A stretch of 63,895 bases of DNA, filler included, from Lama guanicoe (GCA_013239625.1; 187 parts of 187 records of this genome joined end to end with filler, not necessarily neighbours in it); one strand, 5' to 3'. Positions 11,970-24,281 are shown, counted from the first letter of the whole stretch. Notes: generated by a model from the sequence alone, not told the origin. Numbers and translations are program-made.

Positions 11970-12553
11970 ACATCTAGAACTCAGAACATGTTTTCTAAAA
12001 GTAATTATCAACTAAAAGAAATTACACATTCTTGTAAGAGGCACCAAACAGCCAAAATGATAGTGGAAAAGAATAAAGTTGGAGACTTACACTTTCATGT
12101 TTTAAAATGTATTACCAAATAGTGGTAAATAGTGTACTTTTTATAGTGTAATGGTAAATAGGGTAGCATAAGGATAAACACATAGATCAATGGAATCGAA
12201 TTCAGAGTCCANNNNNNNNNNNNNNNNNNNNNNNNNNNNNNNNNNNNNNNNNNNNTTAATTAATTAANNNNNNNNNNNNNNNNNNNNNNNNNNNNNNNNN
12301 NNNNNNNNNNNACATCTAGAACTCAGAACATGTTTTCTAAAAGTAATTATCAACTAAAAGGAATTACACATTCTTGTAAGAGGCACCAAACAGCCAAAAC
12401 GATAGTGGAAAAGAATAAAGTTGGAGACTTACACTTTCATATTTTAAAATGTATTACCAAATAGTGGTTAATAGTGTACTTTTTATAGTGTAATGGTAAA
12501 TAGTGTAGCATAAGGATAAACACATAGATCAATGGAATCGAATTCAGAGTCCA
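11970..12553 (+). repeat. Two near-identical contigs (11970-12211 and 12312-12553), L1 ORF2-derived; alternative branches of an assembly bubble
   Basis: Same boundaries and 5 substitutions in 242 bp. Contains L1-like aagaataaagttggagacttacactt...cataaggataaacacatagatcaatggaatcgaattcagagtcca. Confidence 0.93.
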
Positions 12554-12995
12554 NNNNNNNNNNNNNNNNNNNNNNNNNNNNNNNNNNNNNNNNNNNNTTA
12601 ATTAATTAANNNNNNNNNNNNNNNNNNNNNNNNNNNNNNNNNNNNNNNNNNNNGCAAGATTCCACGGGAAGCAAGCCTCTGGAAAACAGCCTGCTGCGAT
12701 GCCAGACACGTTCACAAAAAAAGAGAGATCTTAGACCTTGTGCAGGCCACTGGCTGTCCCATCGTAGGAAGAAAAGCATCAGACTGACAAGACAAGCCCT
12801 GCCCTCTGCTATGTCCGCGGTGTCCCCTTCACTTACTGACACTGCACCACATGCGAGAGGAGATGTTTATGGGCTTCAGCTCCAGGACCACAAAGNNNNN
12901 NNNNNNNNNNNNNNNNNNNNNNNNNNNNNNNNNNNNNNNTTAATTAATTAANNNNNNNNNNNNNNNNNNNNNNNNNNNNNNNNNNNNNNNNNNNN

Positions 12996-13237
12996 TTCAG
13001 AGATAACTGCAGTTACCATTTTGGTTTTCTATAGTTTCAGGCACATCTCTGGGCACACACTTGTATATAATTTATCATAAATGAACCATAAGCTATTTTT
13101 AACTTTTTTTCCCCACTGAACAGTATGTCCTGTTCATATTCCAGAGTAAATGAATATTGATTGTGGTCATTTTAAAGAACTGTGTACCACTCTGGCATAG
13201 ATTACTATAATTAACTAGTCCATTATTGAGATACTGG
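12996..13237 (-). mobile_element. Ancient L1ME-type 3' fragment
   Basis: cagagataactgcagttaccattttgg...ttttttccccactgaacagtatgtcctg...cattttaaagaactg resembles antisense L1ME4. Confidence 0.55.
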
Positions 13238-14384
13238 NNNNNNNNNNNNNNNNNNNNNNNNNNNNNNNNNNNNNNNNNNNNTTAATTAATTAANNNNNNN
13301 NNNNNNNNNNNNNNNNNNNNNNNNNNNNNNNNNNNNNTACTAATATAATGATTTAGTGAGTCAGAGAGGTCCCCATCATCTCTGTTCATTCTTGGATCAT
13401 GGTGACCCTGGGTGTCTTCCAGAACCATCCCCTCTGTGCACCCAGATACCCAAATAGTGATCATGCAAATAATAATTATAATAATAATTAAATCACTCAC
13501 ATGTATTGAACAGTTATAGTCCACACTTCGCTTGTGTTATTGTACTTAATCTCAGGGGATAAAATCTTGAGTCTGTCTTNNNNNNNNNNNNNNNNNNNNN
13601 NNNNNNNNNNNNNNNNNNNNNNNTTAATTAATTAANNNNNNNNNNNNNNNNNNNNNNNNNNNNNNNNNNNNNNNNNNNNGTCCTGCTGTGTTTCTCTGGT
13701 AGTCTTGCTTCCACTCCACAAGACATCTCATGCCTCCCCCTCTGCCTTCCTCTCAACCGATGACCTTACACGTACTTAACTGAGAAACCGCCTGACGTGA
13801 CTCTGCCTTTCCCACAACACCCTAACCGCCCTGCACGGTCCCATCCTTCCTTCCTTTCTCCTCTCGCGATGGTGATGCCTCCACTTACACCCAAAGCCAT
13901 GTACTTAGTGTTAATTAATCCNNNNNNNNNNNNNNNNNNNNNNNNNNNNNNNNNNNNNNNNNNNNTTAATTAATTAANNNNNNNNNNNNNNNNNNNNNNN
14001 NNNNNNNNNNNNNNNNNNNNNAATGGAATAAGGAAGAGAGAGCTGAGTTAAGCAAGTTTCCCCCAAAGTGGATTTGGAAGCACATAGCTTTCTTGGGAGA
14101 GGATATCAGGAGGAGCCAGTAGAAGGGAGAGGGGCGAGGCAGGGAAGGGAGGGCAGGTGATGCTGGACGCCGTAATGAGTAGATCAGCTCTGGGAAGTGG
14201 GGGGCCAGTCTCACGGGGGGACCTCTGGGAGACCCTGAAGAACATGCCTCTAGTTGCACATCANNNNNNNNNNNNNNNNNNNNNNNNNNNNNNNNNNNNN
14301 NNNNNNNTTAATTAATTAANNNNNNNNNNNNNNNNNNNNNNNNNNNNNNNNNNNNNNNNNNNNAGAAAAGTCAAAGATACAGGT

Positions 14385-14556
14385 TCCCCTGAGGCCTTCA
14401 GAAACAGCCCTGTCAATACTTTGACTTCAGGAGGCTTCTGCGTTCAAGAAACCTACAAGGTTAAACTTGTGTTGTTTAGTGGAGACTTTCTTTTTCCTTC
14501 CTACTACCATGACGTTTGGGGATACTTGTTACAACAGCAATAGAAAACGAATACAT
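14385..14556 (+). mobile_element. MLT1 (ERVL-MaLR) LTR 3' fragment
   Basis: ccttcagaaacagccctgtcaatactttgacttcag...ttgtgttgtttag...gtttgggg.tacttgttacaacagcaatagaaaacgaataca is the MLT1 terminus. Confidence 0.82.
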
Positions 14557-15047
14557 TAAGCTCCTTGAAATGTTCAGAAATTGCAGATAACACTGGACTG
14601 TCTACNNNNNNNNNNNNNNNNNNNNNNNNNNNNNNNNNNNNNNNNNNNNTTAATTAATTAANNNNNNNNNNNNNNNNNNNNNNNNNNNNNNNNNNNNNNN
14701 NNNNNACATGTATTCTGTGCACAGGATTCAGGCACAGGTGACCAGGAGCTTGGGTGAGCTGCCTCCCTCTGGGGGGTTCTGGTGGAGCTGGGGATGCCTG
14801 CTGACGGCTGCATGAGGTGTCTGTTAGGTGACAACAGGACCCTCATCTGTTGGGGACAGAAAGCCTTCTCCCCCTCCTCTTGGTCTTAGCTTTGTCACCC
14901 TGGGGGAGCTCCTCAAGGGAAACTCTTGGCAGTCATATGCTTTGACTNNNNNNNNNNNNNNNNNNNNNNNNNNNNNNNNNNNNNNNNNNNNTTAATTAAT
15001 TAANNNNNNNNNNNNNNNNNNNNNNNNNNNNNNNNNNNNNNNNNNNN

Positions 15048-15289
15048 GGTTACCATAGGGGAAAGGGCGGGGGGAGGGATAAATTAGGAGGTTGGGATTA
15101 ACAGATACAAATTACTATATATAAAATAGACAAACAACAAGGAGCTACTCTATAGCATAGAGAACTATATTCAATTTCTTGTAATAACAGATAATGGAAG
15201 AGAATCTGAAAAGAAAGAATATGTATGTATGTATAAGTAAAACTGAATCACTTTGCTGTACACTTGAAACTAACATTGTAAATCAATTA
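15048..15289 (+). mobile_element. Artiodactyl-type L1 3' UTR
   Basis: ggttacc...gggagggataaattaggaggttgggattaacagataca...ctatatataaaatagacaaacaacaagga...ctgaatcactttgctgtacac.tgaaactaac. Confidence 0.92.
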
Positions 15290-16253
15290 NNNNNNNNNNN
15301 NNNNNNNNNNNNNNNNNNNNNNNNNNNNNNNNNTTAATTAATTAANNNNNNNNNNNNNNNNNNNNNNNNNNNNNNNNNNNNNNNNNNNNGCCAGGGAGCT
15401 GATTTTTTCTGTACTCGAATCTTTGAAAATAATATACCTTACAGTTCCATTAGGAGTAGGGATTGATAACTAAGATTTAATGGAGTGATATTCAGGGAGT
15501 ACTTAAACGCAAAGAACAGTAGAAGCGGGTCATAGACAACTGTGCAGTGCTTGGAACAGGGAGTAGAAGGGATCTGAAATACGTGAGGGGGATCTCAGGT
15601 AGAGGTAGAAAGTTATTTATTTGGAAGCATCNNNNNNNNNNNNNNNNNNNNNNNNNNNNNNNNNNNNNNNNNNNNTTAATTAATTAANNNNNNNNNNNNN
15701 NNNNNNNNNNNNNNNNNNNNNNNNNNNNNNNAAAGACAAGCTTATGTCTTCAGGGTGGCACTTAATGCCTTTCCAACTCTGAACCCACAAACTCAACTTA
15801 GTTTAGTCATTCCTTATAAATCTGACATCTGACTACCTTGGCTTTTCTTTATTTTTCACTGTATCTGATGATACATCCAAGCAAATGCTTGTCAACCATA
15901 TTAAATCCAACATCACCAATTTTACTCCAGCTCATCCTTGGACTTTGGGTGTCCTCCATTTACCTACTTAGACNNNNNNNNNNNNNNNNNNNNNNNNNNN
16001 NNNNNNNNNNNNNNNNNTTAATTAATTAANNNNNNNNNNNNNNNNNNNNNNNNNNNNNNNNNNNNNNNNNNNNGTCTCCAAAAGTATTTCAAGTTCACAC
16101 AAACCCAAACCTGGATAACTGAGTCCAAAGCTTTCTGTGAATTTCAGCTCCCAAAACCCTAAAATATAATCTTTCATTTTCACTTCCTTCTCCCTCCCAT
16201 TTCCCCGTTTGTTCTAATACAACTTATGACTCCTCTTATCACAACATGTGCAG

Positions 16254-16283
16254 GTGCGCGCGCGCGCACACACACACACACAC
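16254..16283. repeat. (GC)n(CA)n compound microsatellite
   Basis: gtgcgcgcgcgcgcacacacacacacacac. Confidence 0.9.
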
Positions 16284-16814
16284 CCTCTGCTTCCCCTAGT
16301 TCTGAAGATAGGGCANNNNNNNNNNNNNNNNNNNNNNNNNNNNNNNNNNNNNNNNNNNNTTAATTAATTAANNNNNNNNNNNNNNNNNNNNNNNNNNNNN
16401 NNNNNNNNNNNNNNNGGGGGGGGGCGGGGGTAGGTGCTCCCAGAAAACTCTTTCTGCTTATCTACATTTAAAAACTTCTCTGCAGATGTCAGGTGCTTCA
16501 TCAAATGGGTTGTAATAGGATCCTATGTGGACCTGGCCTTACCACTCGCCTGCTTTGTGACCTGAGGTCAGTCCCTTTTCTACACTCTCCCCACTTGCAC
16601 AGGGTACAACTACCCTGCAAGTTCTTACAAAGGATTATTGATGAATATACTTTTTTTNNNNNNNNNNNNNNNNNNNNNNNNNNNNNNNNNNNNNNNNNNN
16701 NTTAATTAATTAANNNNNNNNNNNNNNNNNNNNNNNNNNNNNNNNNNNNNNNNNNNNTGTTTGATTCTCTCTTTTTTGTGTGTGTAGCTATTATAGATTT
16801 ATTACCATTTGTTT

Positions 16815-16999
16815 CTTTTTCTTAAATGAAGTATAGTCAATTTATAATGTGGTCAAGTTCTGATGTATAGCATGGTGACTCATTTATACATATATATGTA
16901 TATATTTCTAGTTATAGTCTTTTTTGATTATAGGCCATTACAAGATATGGAATATAGTTCCCTGTGCTATACAGCAGGACCTTGTTGTTTACCTATTTT
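16815..16999 (-). mobile_element. Artiodactyl-type L1 3' end
   Basis: tgaagtatagtcaatttataatgt...gtatagcatggtgactca...tataggccattacaagatatggaatatagttccctgtgctatacagcaggaccttgttgttta. Confidence 0.9.
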
Positions 17000-17141
17000 N
17001 NNNNNNNNNNNNNNNNNNNNNNNNNNNNNNNNNNNNNNNNNNNTTAATTAATTAANNNNNNNNNNNNNNNNNNNNNNNNNNNNNNNNNNNNNNNNNNNNA
17101 ATAATAATAATAATAATAATAAATTTTTAAAAGCCTGTGGT

Positions 17142-17228
17142 GGGGGGTGTAGAGCTCAGTGGTAGAGTTCATGCTCAGCATGCAGGAGGTCCTGGATTCA
17201 ATCCTCAGTACATCTATTAAAAACAAAA
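17142..17228 (+). mobile_element. tRNA-derived SINE, camelid Vic-1-like
   Basis: ggggggtgtagagctcagtggtagagttcatgctcagcatgcaggaggtcctggattcaatcctcagtacatctattaaaaacaaaa. Has an A box (agctcagtggtaga), a B box (ggattcaatcc, 17194-17204) and an A-rich tail, with no tRNA acceptor stem. Confidence 0.85.
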
Positions 17229-18125
17229 GTGGAAGCAAACTAAATGGGGGAAGAGGGCAAACAGCACGGATAAAGGAATTTAAGGGAAGAACCAGAGGGG
17301 CCAAGGGAGGACAGATTAGACTGCTGGGAATGAAGGGGATGNNNNNNNNNNNNNNNNNNNNNNNNNNNNNNNNNNNNNNNNNNNNTTAATTAATTAANNN
17401 NNNNNNNNNNNNNNNNNNNNNNNNNNNNNNNNNNNNNNNNNAAAGATTTTATGTGCAGATATGAGAAAAAAAGTACTAAAAGTACAAAAGTCATCTTAGA
17501 AAGATGAAGGGAATTTTTTTATTTTGGGGGGTTTGACTTATCTTATAAGGTCTGGATAGGTGGGGCTTCTGGTATCTCAGTTTAAGCAAGCCTGTCATCA
17601 TCAGACCAAGTTGAATCCAGTCTGTGAACCCCATGTAGTTTATTAAAAGGATTAAGTCTGAGGGTATAATTAAAATGGAGGCANNNNNNNNNNNNNNNNN
17701 NNNNNNNNNNNNNNNNNNNNNNNNNNNTTAATTAATTAANNNNNNNNNNNNNNNNNNNNNNNNNNNNNNNNNNNNNNNNNNNNCACTGCTCAGTACCTGG
17801 AGCGGATGACCTGAGGCTTTGTCTTGACTTACCGGAACTAGAGATGGTAGTGCTTGATTTTCCACATCAGTTCCATCAGTCTGCATGTGGCCAACCACCC
17901 ACCCAGCCTCCCCACCCTCATCCCTAAAACCACCCATTCCGGTAATCAGGCACCACAACCACCACCCCATTCCCACGATCAGGCACCCTGTCTGGCCCTG
18001 CCCTCCAAAAGAGCAATCCACTCAANNNNNNNNNNNNNNNNNNNNNNNNNNNNNNNNNNNNNNNNNNNNTTAATTAATTAANNNNNNNNNNNNNNNNNNN
18101 NNNNNNNNNNNNNNNNNNNNNNNNN

Positions 18126-18367
18126 TTGGGGATAATATTCATTTAGCCTTCTGAGCTTTCTGGGCGGACTTGGTCACCTTGCCAGCTCCAGCTGTCTTCT
18201 TGTCCACTGCCTTGATGACATCCACAGCATCTGTCTGTCTCATGTCACGGACAGCAAAATGGCCCAGAAGAGGATAGTCAGAGAAGCTCTCAACACAGAT
18301 GGGCTTGCCAGGAACCACGTCAACAATGGCAGCATCACCAGATTTCAAGAACTTGGGGCCATCTTCC
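18126..18367 (-). pseudogene. EEF1A1: EEF1A1 processed pseudogene, C-terminal part plus start of 3' UTR (stop at 18139-18141)
   Basis: [75 protein letters not shown]. The last intron (at PPLG/RF) is absent. There are 7 substitutions at normally invariant residues. Confidence 0.95.
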
Positions 18368-19493
18368 NNNNNNNNNNNNNNNNNNNNNNNNNNNNNNNNN
18401 NNNNNNNNNNNTTAATTAATTAANNNNNNNNNNNNNNNNNNNNNNNNNNNNNNNNNNNNNNNNNNNNTTTTTTCCTGTGCGTCATATATTTGACAAAGTG
18501 GTGATTAGATTAAAATGCAGGGTGAGGTATTGAAGAGGAATCTATTTTTCCCATATTTAGCTCATTCTTCATTCAGGTATTTTCAAGGGTTCATTGCATA
18601 CGAGACAGTGTTCTCTGCTCAGGAAGTGTAACAGGAGATAAACCCAGTCACGGCTCCTGGTGTGAGTTTCGCGCTGCTGGAGGAGACAACAGGAAGCAGA
18701 ACAACAAATNNNNNNNNNNNNNNNNNNNNNNNNNNNNNNNNNNNNNNNNNNNNTTAATTAATTAANNNNNNNNNNNNNNNNNNNNNNNNNNNNNNNNNNN
18801 NNNNNNNNNTATTCAAACTGCTTCAGAATTCCCTTAAATTACACATGAACTGCTGAAGCAGCATTTCTGTTGCCTTCAGAGGGGTGCAAAGCATGGCACG
18901 CTGGAAACCTCAGTGGACGGGGATGTCCCTTGTGATGAGCCACGCCACCCTGGAAGTCAGGCTGACCTCAGACTCCCAGCTCTGCTACTTCCCAGCGGAG
19001 CAGCTTGGGGCTAATTACTTTACCTCATTAAGATCAATGTCCTCATCTGTGNNNNNNNNNNNNNNNNNNNNNNNNNNNNNNNNNNNNNNNNNNNNTTAAT
19101 TAATTAANNNNNNNNNNNNNNNNNNNNNNNNNNNNNNNNNNNNNNNNNNNNCCTGACTCCCAGACTGCAGATTCCAGACCCTCTTCTGACCTGCAGGGAG
19201 TGTGGGCTGGGGCGTGCTGGGCAGCCCTGGGCAGCAGGAGCGGGAGCAGATGGAGGGGAGGAGAGTGCACGGCAGGAGGGCCGAGGGCGGCGCCGGTGAG
19301 GGCAGGGCCAGTGCGTTGCCTGTGGCCGCAAATGAACGCTGACCCTGGCCAGGCCGGTGCACGCTTGGGCCTCGGTGGGCGCGCGGCCATCAANNNNNNN
19401 NNNNNNNNNNNNNNNNNNNNNNNNNNNNNNNNNNNNNTTAATTAATTAANNNNNNNNNNNNNNNNNNNNNNNNNNNNNNNNNNNNNNNNNNNN

Positions 19494-19735
19494 CTGCAGG
19501 AAGTTCAAACCGGCACTAGAAAACAGACTGAGAAACCAGAGTTAGTTTTTCGCCTACAACCTGTTCCCTTTGTACTACATGAACGAACGTCTCCACATGC
19601 TCATTTTTGAGAGTTAAGCGTGTGTGAAAGCTGTCCTTCACTTAACTTGTTGGGAAGAAAAAGTTTCTCTTCAGTTGCAAACTCCGCCTCATAAATATTT
19701 ATGGGGAGGTACAAGCTCCAACAAGGTTTGACTGT
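19494..19735 (+). repeat. Satellite-like monomer, family B (copy 1; ~246-bp unit, PstI site at start)
   Basis: Circular permutation of 30780-31021, with shared blocks ctgcaggaa.ttcaaacc.gcactag.aaaca, cacatgctcattt.tgag, tgtgaaag, cataaatat.tatg.ggag and agctccaac.agg. Confidence 0.78.
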
Positions 19736-20177
19736 NNNNNNNNNNNNNNNNNNNNNNNNNNNNNNNNNNNNNNNNNNNNTTAATTAATTAANNNNNNNNN
19801 NNNNNNNNNNNNNNNNNNNNNNNNNNNNNNNNNNNACACTCTCCTGCAGGTGTCTGAAGGATTCTGGAGATTGAAAAGAAAATTTACATACTCAAGGAAG
19901 TTGGGAGCCCCTGCCGGAGGCTGCTTGACTGAGCCTGGGTCTCTCTCACCCTGCGTCTGAACTAACCTGCTGTTCAGGCCTGATGTTTGCCCCAGGGGGA
20001 ACTTTATGAACTGTGTTCCACCATCACGGGAACCTAGTTTCCTAGAACAGTGAGTCCCTGTTCCTCCTTCTGGCTTCNNNNNNNNNNNNNNNNNNNNNNN
20101 NNNNNNNNNNNNNNNNNNNNNTTAATTAATTAANNNNNNNNNNNNNNNNNNNNNNNNNNNNNNNNNNNNNNNNNNNN

Positions 20178-20335
20178 TCTCTGAGCCTCAATTTTCCTTG
20201 TCCATAAAATGGGGATAACAATACTTGTTTCATAGAGTTACTGCAAGGATGCAATGACTTACGTCATACAAAGAGCTGGGAACAGTGTTTGATATCTGGC
20301 AAGGACTCATGATTTTACTAGCTATTATTATTAGT
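20178..20335 (+). mobile_element. MIR SINE 3' half
   Basis: tctctgagcctcaattttccttgtccataaaatggggataacaata...catagagtta.tgcaaggat...tagctattattatt. Confidence 0.88.
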
Positions 20336-21574
20336 GTTGTCTAGCCACAGTAAATACACCAGGGGTTGGGGCCAGGGAAGCAACTGCCTCTTGGGGTTTG
20401 GCATTAATTTTACCCAACANNNNNNNNNNNNNNNNNNNNNNNNNNNNNNNNNNNNNNNNNNNNTTAATTAATTAANNNNNNNNNNNNNNNNNNNNNNNNN
20501 NNNNNNNNNNNNNNNNNNNCCTCCTTCCCTGCCATTGTTAAATCCTACCACCTTCTGCAAGCCAGCAGCTCTTCCAGCCGCTCCCGAGCTGCTCTTCGGT
20601 CTAAACCGGGCAGTGACTGCGGTCTAGATGGTGTGACACAAAGCTCCCTCCCAGGCCAGCAGCAGCGACAGCCCCGTCCCGTGGGCTCCCGCACCCTCTG
20701 CGTCTCCGCAAGCTGTGTCTGTGTAAGCCCCCAGGTGATTCTTACCTAAAGTCTGAATACCNNNNNNNNNNNNNNNNNNNNNNNNNNNNNNNNNNNNNNN
20801 NNNNNTTAATTAATTAANNNNNNNNNNNNNNNNNNNNNNNNNNNNNNNNNNNNNNNNNNNNGGGGGACCTGGGGAAGAAGGGAAACACACAAAGACGCTG
20901 ATGCTCTGGCTTCCTACTGTGCTGGGGAGGCATCAAGTCTCAAGTCTCTTACCCTCGAGTTTTGTGTTTTCTGCCCCCATCCACCAAGCTCGGGCAGGCT
21001 CACGTGCTCTCTTGCAAGGAGGGTAAAATCCCAGACCCTTCATTACTGTTGATGGGAGTGAGAGGCTGTTGCAGGAATTTGGATCCAGAATCAGGGACTG
21101 TGCNNNNNNNNNNNNNNNNNNNNNNNNNNNNNNNNNNNNNNNNNNNNTTAATTAATTAANNNNNNNNNNNNNNNNNNNNNNNNNNNNNNNNNNNNNNNNN
21201 NNNGAGGTGGGGGAACCCAAGGGCCCCCCAGCCTGTGCTCATCAGGGTATAGCTGGGCTCCAGTCCTGCTCCCACCCCCTTCTCTGCTGAGTCTCAGGTT
21301 CCTCCTCCACAAACGGGGCTGACAGGAGCCCCCATCTCCCGAGCAGCTGCAAGCAAAGTACTGGGTATGAGCTCCTCAGACAGGTCAACATTGCCAGCCA
21401 TTTACTCTCTGTGCAACCTCAGGCAACTAGCTTTGCCCTGCTGGTNNNNNNNNNNNNNNNNNNNNNNNNNNNNNNNNNNNNNNNNNNNNTTAATTAATTA
21501 ANNNNNNNNNNNNNNNNNNNNNNNNNNNNNNNNNNNNNNNNNNNNTTTTGGGTTCTTCCGTTTTCTTGTTACAG

Positions 21575-21716
21575 GAAGGGGTGCCCGAGCCGGACACCGG
21601 ACGGGAAGACACCCGTCCCGAGACGAACGCCGCTGGCGAGGGGGCTCCGCAGGAGCCAACCGAGGACGAGACATTGACGTCTGCTGCGAGCACAGCAGAC
21701 CAGCCTGCCATGTCCG
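21575..21716 (+). CDS. Putative internal coding exon (142 bp), acidic/Pro-rich peptide, gene unidentified
   Basis: Polypyrimidine tract ttcttccgttttcttgttacag| and donor ccg|gtaagt bound an open frame EGVPEPDTGREDTRPETNAAGEGAPQEPTEDETLTSAASTADQPAMS(G); CpGs are retained inside. Confidence 0.6.
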
Positions 21717-23597
21717 GTAAGTCGGCGAACATCCCTGGAGGTTGATGTTTCTTCCGTCTGTGCTTAAGCGCCACGGTGGGGCCAGGGNNNNNNNNNNNNN
21801 NNNNNNNNNNNNNNNNNNNNNNNNNNNNNNNTTAATTAATTAANNNNNNNNNNNNNNNNNNNNNNNNNNNNNNNNNNNNNNNNNNNNTGTATCTCCATCC
21901 TAGGCAGTATCGGTTCTGTGGTATTGATAGGGGAACCAATAGCAAGTAAATTTAAGGAAATAGTGGGTCATTGGGTACAGAAGTTCTTCTTTTCAACATT
22001 TTTGTAATGTTTGCAGTTTAAGAAGACCATTCCTGAGAAACAGGCAGTCTCTTAGGATGAAATAGCATTTTCCCTGAACAATATTCAATTTTTATTTCGT
22101 AGACAGCAGGAAGGGCAATCACACATCCANNNNNNNNNNNNNNNNNNNNNNNNNNNNNNNNNNNNNNNNNNNNTTAATTAATTAANNNNNNNNNNNNNNN
22201 NNNNNNNNNNNNNNNNNNNNNNNNNNNNNAGGACATCATTTTAGAATCTTTTTTATTATTATGCGGTTTCTACAGAAATCAAAAAGTTTCTGAAATAAAA
22301 AGCATCAGACTTGGAATTGTAGACTTATATAAAAGTACCTGGGTCTGCTCAGCTCTCTTTGCCTCATTTGTCATCATAGAGCAAGAGATCTTTTAAAATA
22401 TAACAGGGAGAGACCTTGAGTTTTTAAGAACTCCACTGCCATGAGTGGTTTGTGTTCAGCTTCTCCTGCAGNNNNNNNNNNNNNNNNNNNNNNNNNNNNN
22501 NNNNNNNNNNNNNNNTTAATTAATTAANNNNNNNNNNNNNNNNNNNNNNNNNNNNNNNNNNNNNNNNNNNNAAATTTTTCATCTCTACTGCCATTTCTTT
22601 GGTCCAGGCAATATTACCTTAGACTGGTGCACTGGGACAGACTCATAACTGATTCCCACACTCTTCTATTTTGCATACAATACAGGTGTGTGTGTGGGGG
22701 TTGTTGTTGTTGTTGTTGTTTTGTCTTTTACATTTTCACCAGCTTTATTCTGGGTAAAATTTATATAAGCTTTATTGTATCCATTTAGAGTGTATAAATC
22801 AGTGAATATTGATNNNNNNNNNNNNNNNNNNNNNNNNNNNNNNNNNNNNNNNNNNNNTTAATTAATTAANNNNNNNNNNNNNNNNNNNNNNNNNNNNNNN
22901 NNNNNNNNNNNNNAAAAAAAATAGCTAGAGACAAAGTTAATAAATCATATCCCATCTGTAGTCACAGAAAAGACAGTCTGAAGCCAGACTGTTCAACCTG
23001 GTCCAGAGCACAAAGCAAGCGGAGCCCACGTGACGTGGAATCCGGAGTAAATACAAGGGAACAAAAAGTCAGGGGAAGTGGTTCTGGTCTCCCTTCTGGG
23101 GTGGCGCTGGGCCCCCCACTAAGCTGGAGATGAATGCATAAGCCAGTTAACTCAGNNNNNNNNNNNNNNNNNNNNNNNNNNNNNNNNNNNNNNNNNNNNT
23201 TAATTAATTAANNNNNNNNNNNNNNNNNNNNNNNNNNNNNNNNNNNNNNNNNNNNACAAGCACTCCTCTCAGTGAAGAGGATTTAGCAACGTTCTCCTGT
23301 GCTTGCTGGGGTCTCTGGACCACCTATGATGTCTGTAAGTTGTCCGGGGGCTTCTGATGCAAGAAATTGCCCTCCTTGGGCCTGAATCACGTACCATTAG
23401 AAAAGGAATTGCTGGCTCTGCACTGGGCTCCTTGGAAAACAATCTCTCACAGGATCTGAGCATCCATACTCAGTGTCCTGTTATTCTTTGAGTCATGNNN
23501 NNNNNNNNNNNNNNNNNNNNNNNNNNNNNNNNNNNNNNNNNTTAATTAATTAANNNNNNNNNNNNNNNNNNNNNNNNNNNNNNNNNNNNNNNNNNNN

Positions 23598-23839
23598 GCA
23601 AACTTAGTGGCTTAAATCAACATAAATTTATTCTCTGACTATTGTCCGGAGGTCAGATGTTCAAAATCAGACTCCCTGAGCAAAGTCAAATTGTCAGCAG
23701 TGCTGGCTCCTTTTGGGACCTCCGAGGGGAAAGCCTGTCCCCCTGCCTTTTTTCAGCCAGCTTATTCTGGTGGCCGACTGTATTCCTTGACTTGTGGCCC
23801 CCTCCTTCTCCTTCAAACTGCACCACTCATTCTCCACTG
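23598..23839 (-). mobile_element. MLT1 (MaLR) LTR fragment
   Basis: caaacttagtggcttaaatcaacataaatttattctct...ggaggtcagatgttcaaaatcag...gtcagcagtgctggctcctt...ttccttgacttgtggccc. Confidence 0.88.
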
Positions 23840-24281
23840 NNNNNNNNNNNNNNNNNNNNNNNNNNNNNNNNNNNNNNNNNNNNTTAATTAATTAANNNNN
23901 NNNNNNNNNNNNNNNNNNNNNNNNNNNNNNNNNNNNNNNAGACATTTCTGTATTTTATATGTCGAAAAAGAAACATCATCTTGCATCACAATTGAAGAAA
24001 GGTAGCTACTTACCCGGTCCCCCTTTCTTGTTGTTTCTGGGTGAAAGCTAATGGGAATGACAGCATTTTGCTGTGGTGCTTAAATGGAAGATATTCTAAG
24101 GTGTCTCGCCACTCAGTATAATATAGACATTGAAAAATAGCATGGGGTGGGAATCAACCCACCATAAAGATCTTTTTAACTNNNNNNNNNNNNNNNNNNN
24201 NNNNNNNNNNNNNNNNNNNNNNNNNTTAATTAATTAANNNNNNNNNNNNNNNNNNNNNNNNNNNNNNNNNNNNNNNNNNNN

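Noticed and set aside
17142..17215. Functional tRNA gene
   Set aside because: It has A and B boxes but no acceptor-stem pairing and ends in an A-rich tail; it is a SINE.
17833..17880. Possible 48-bp minus-strand micro-exon (cag|...ccg|gtaagt)
   Set aside because: The acceptor lacks a polypyrimidine tract and the peptide is unrecognised.
23026..23038. Palindromic CCACGT-G-ACGTGG E-box/UPRE-like site
   Set aside because: An isolated motif with no promoter context.
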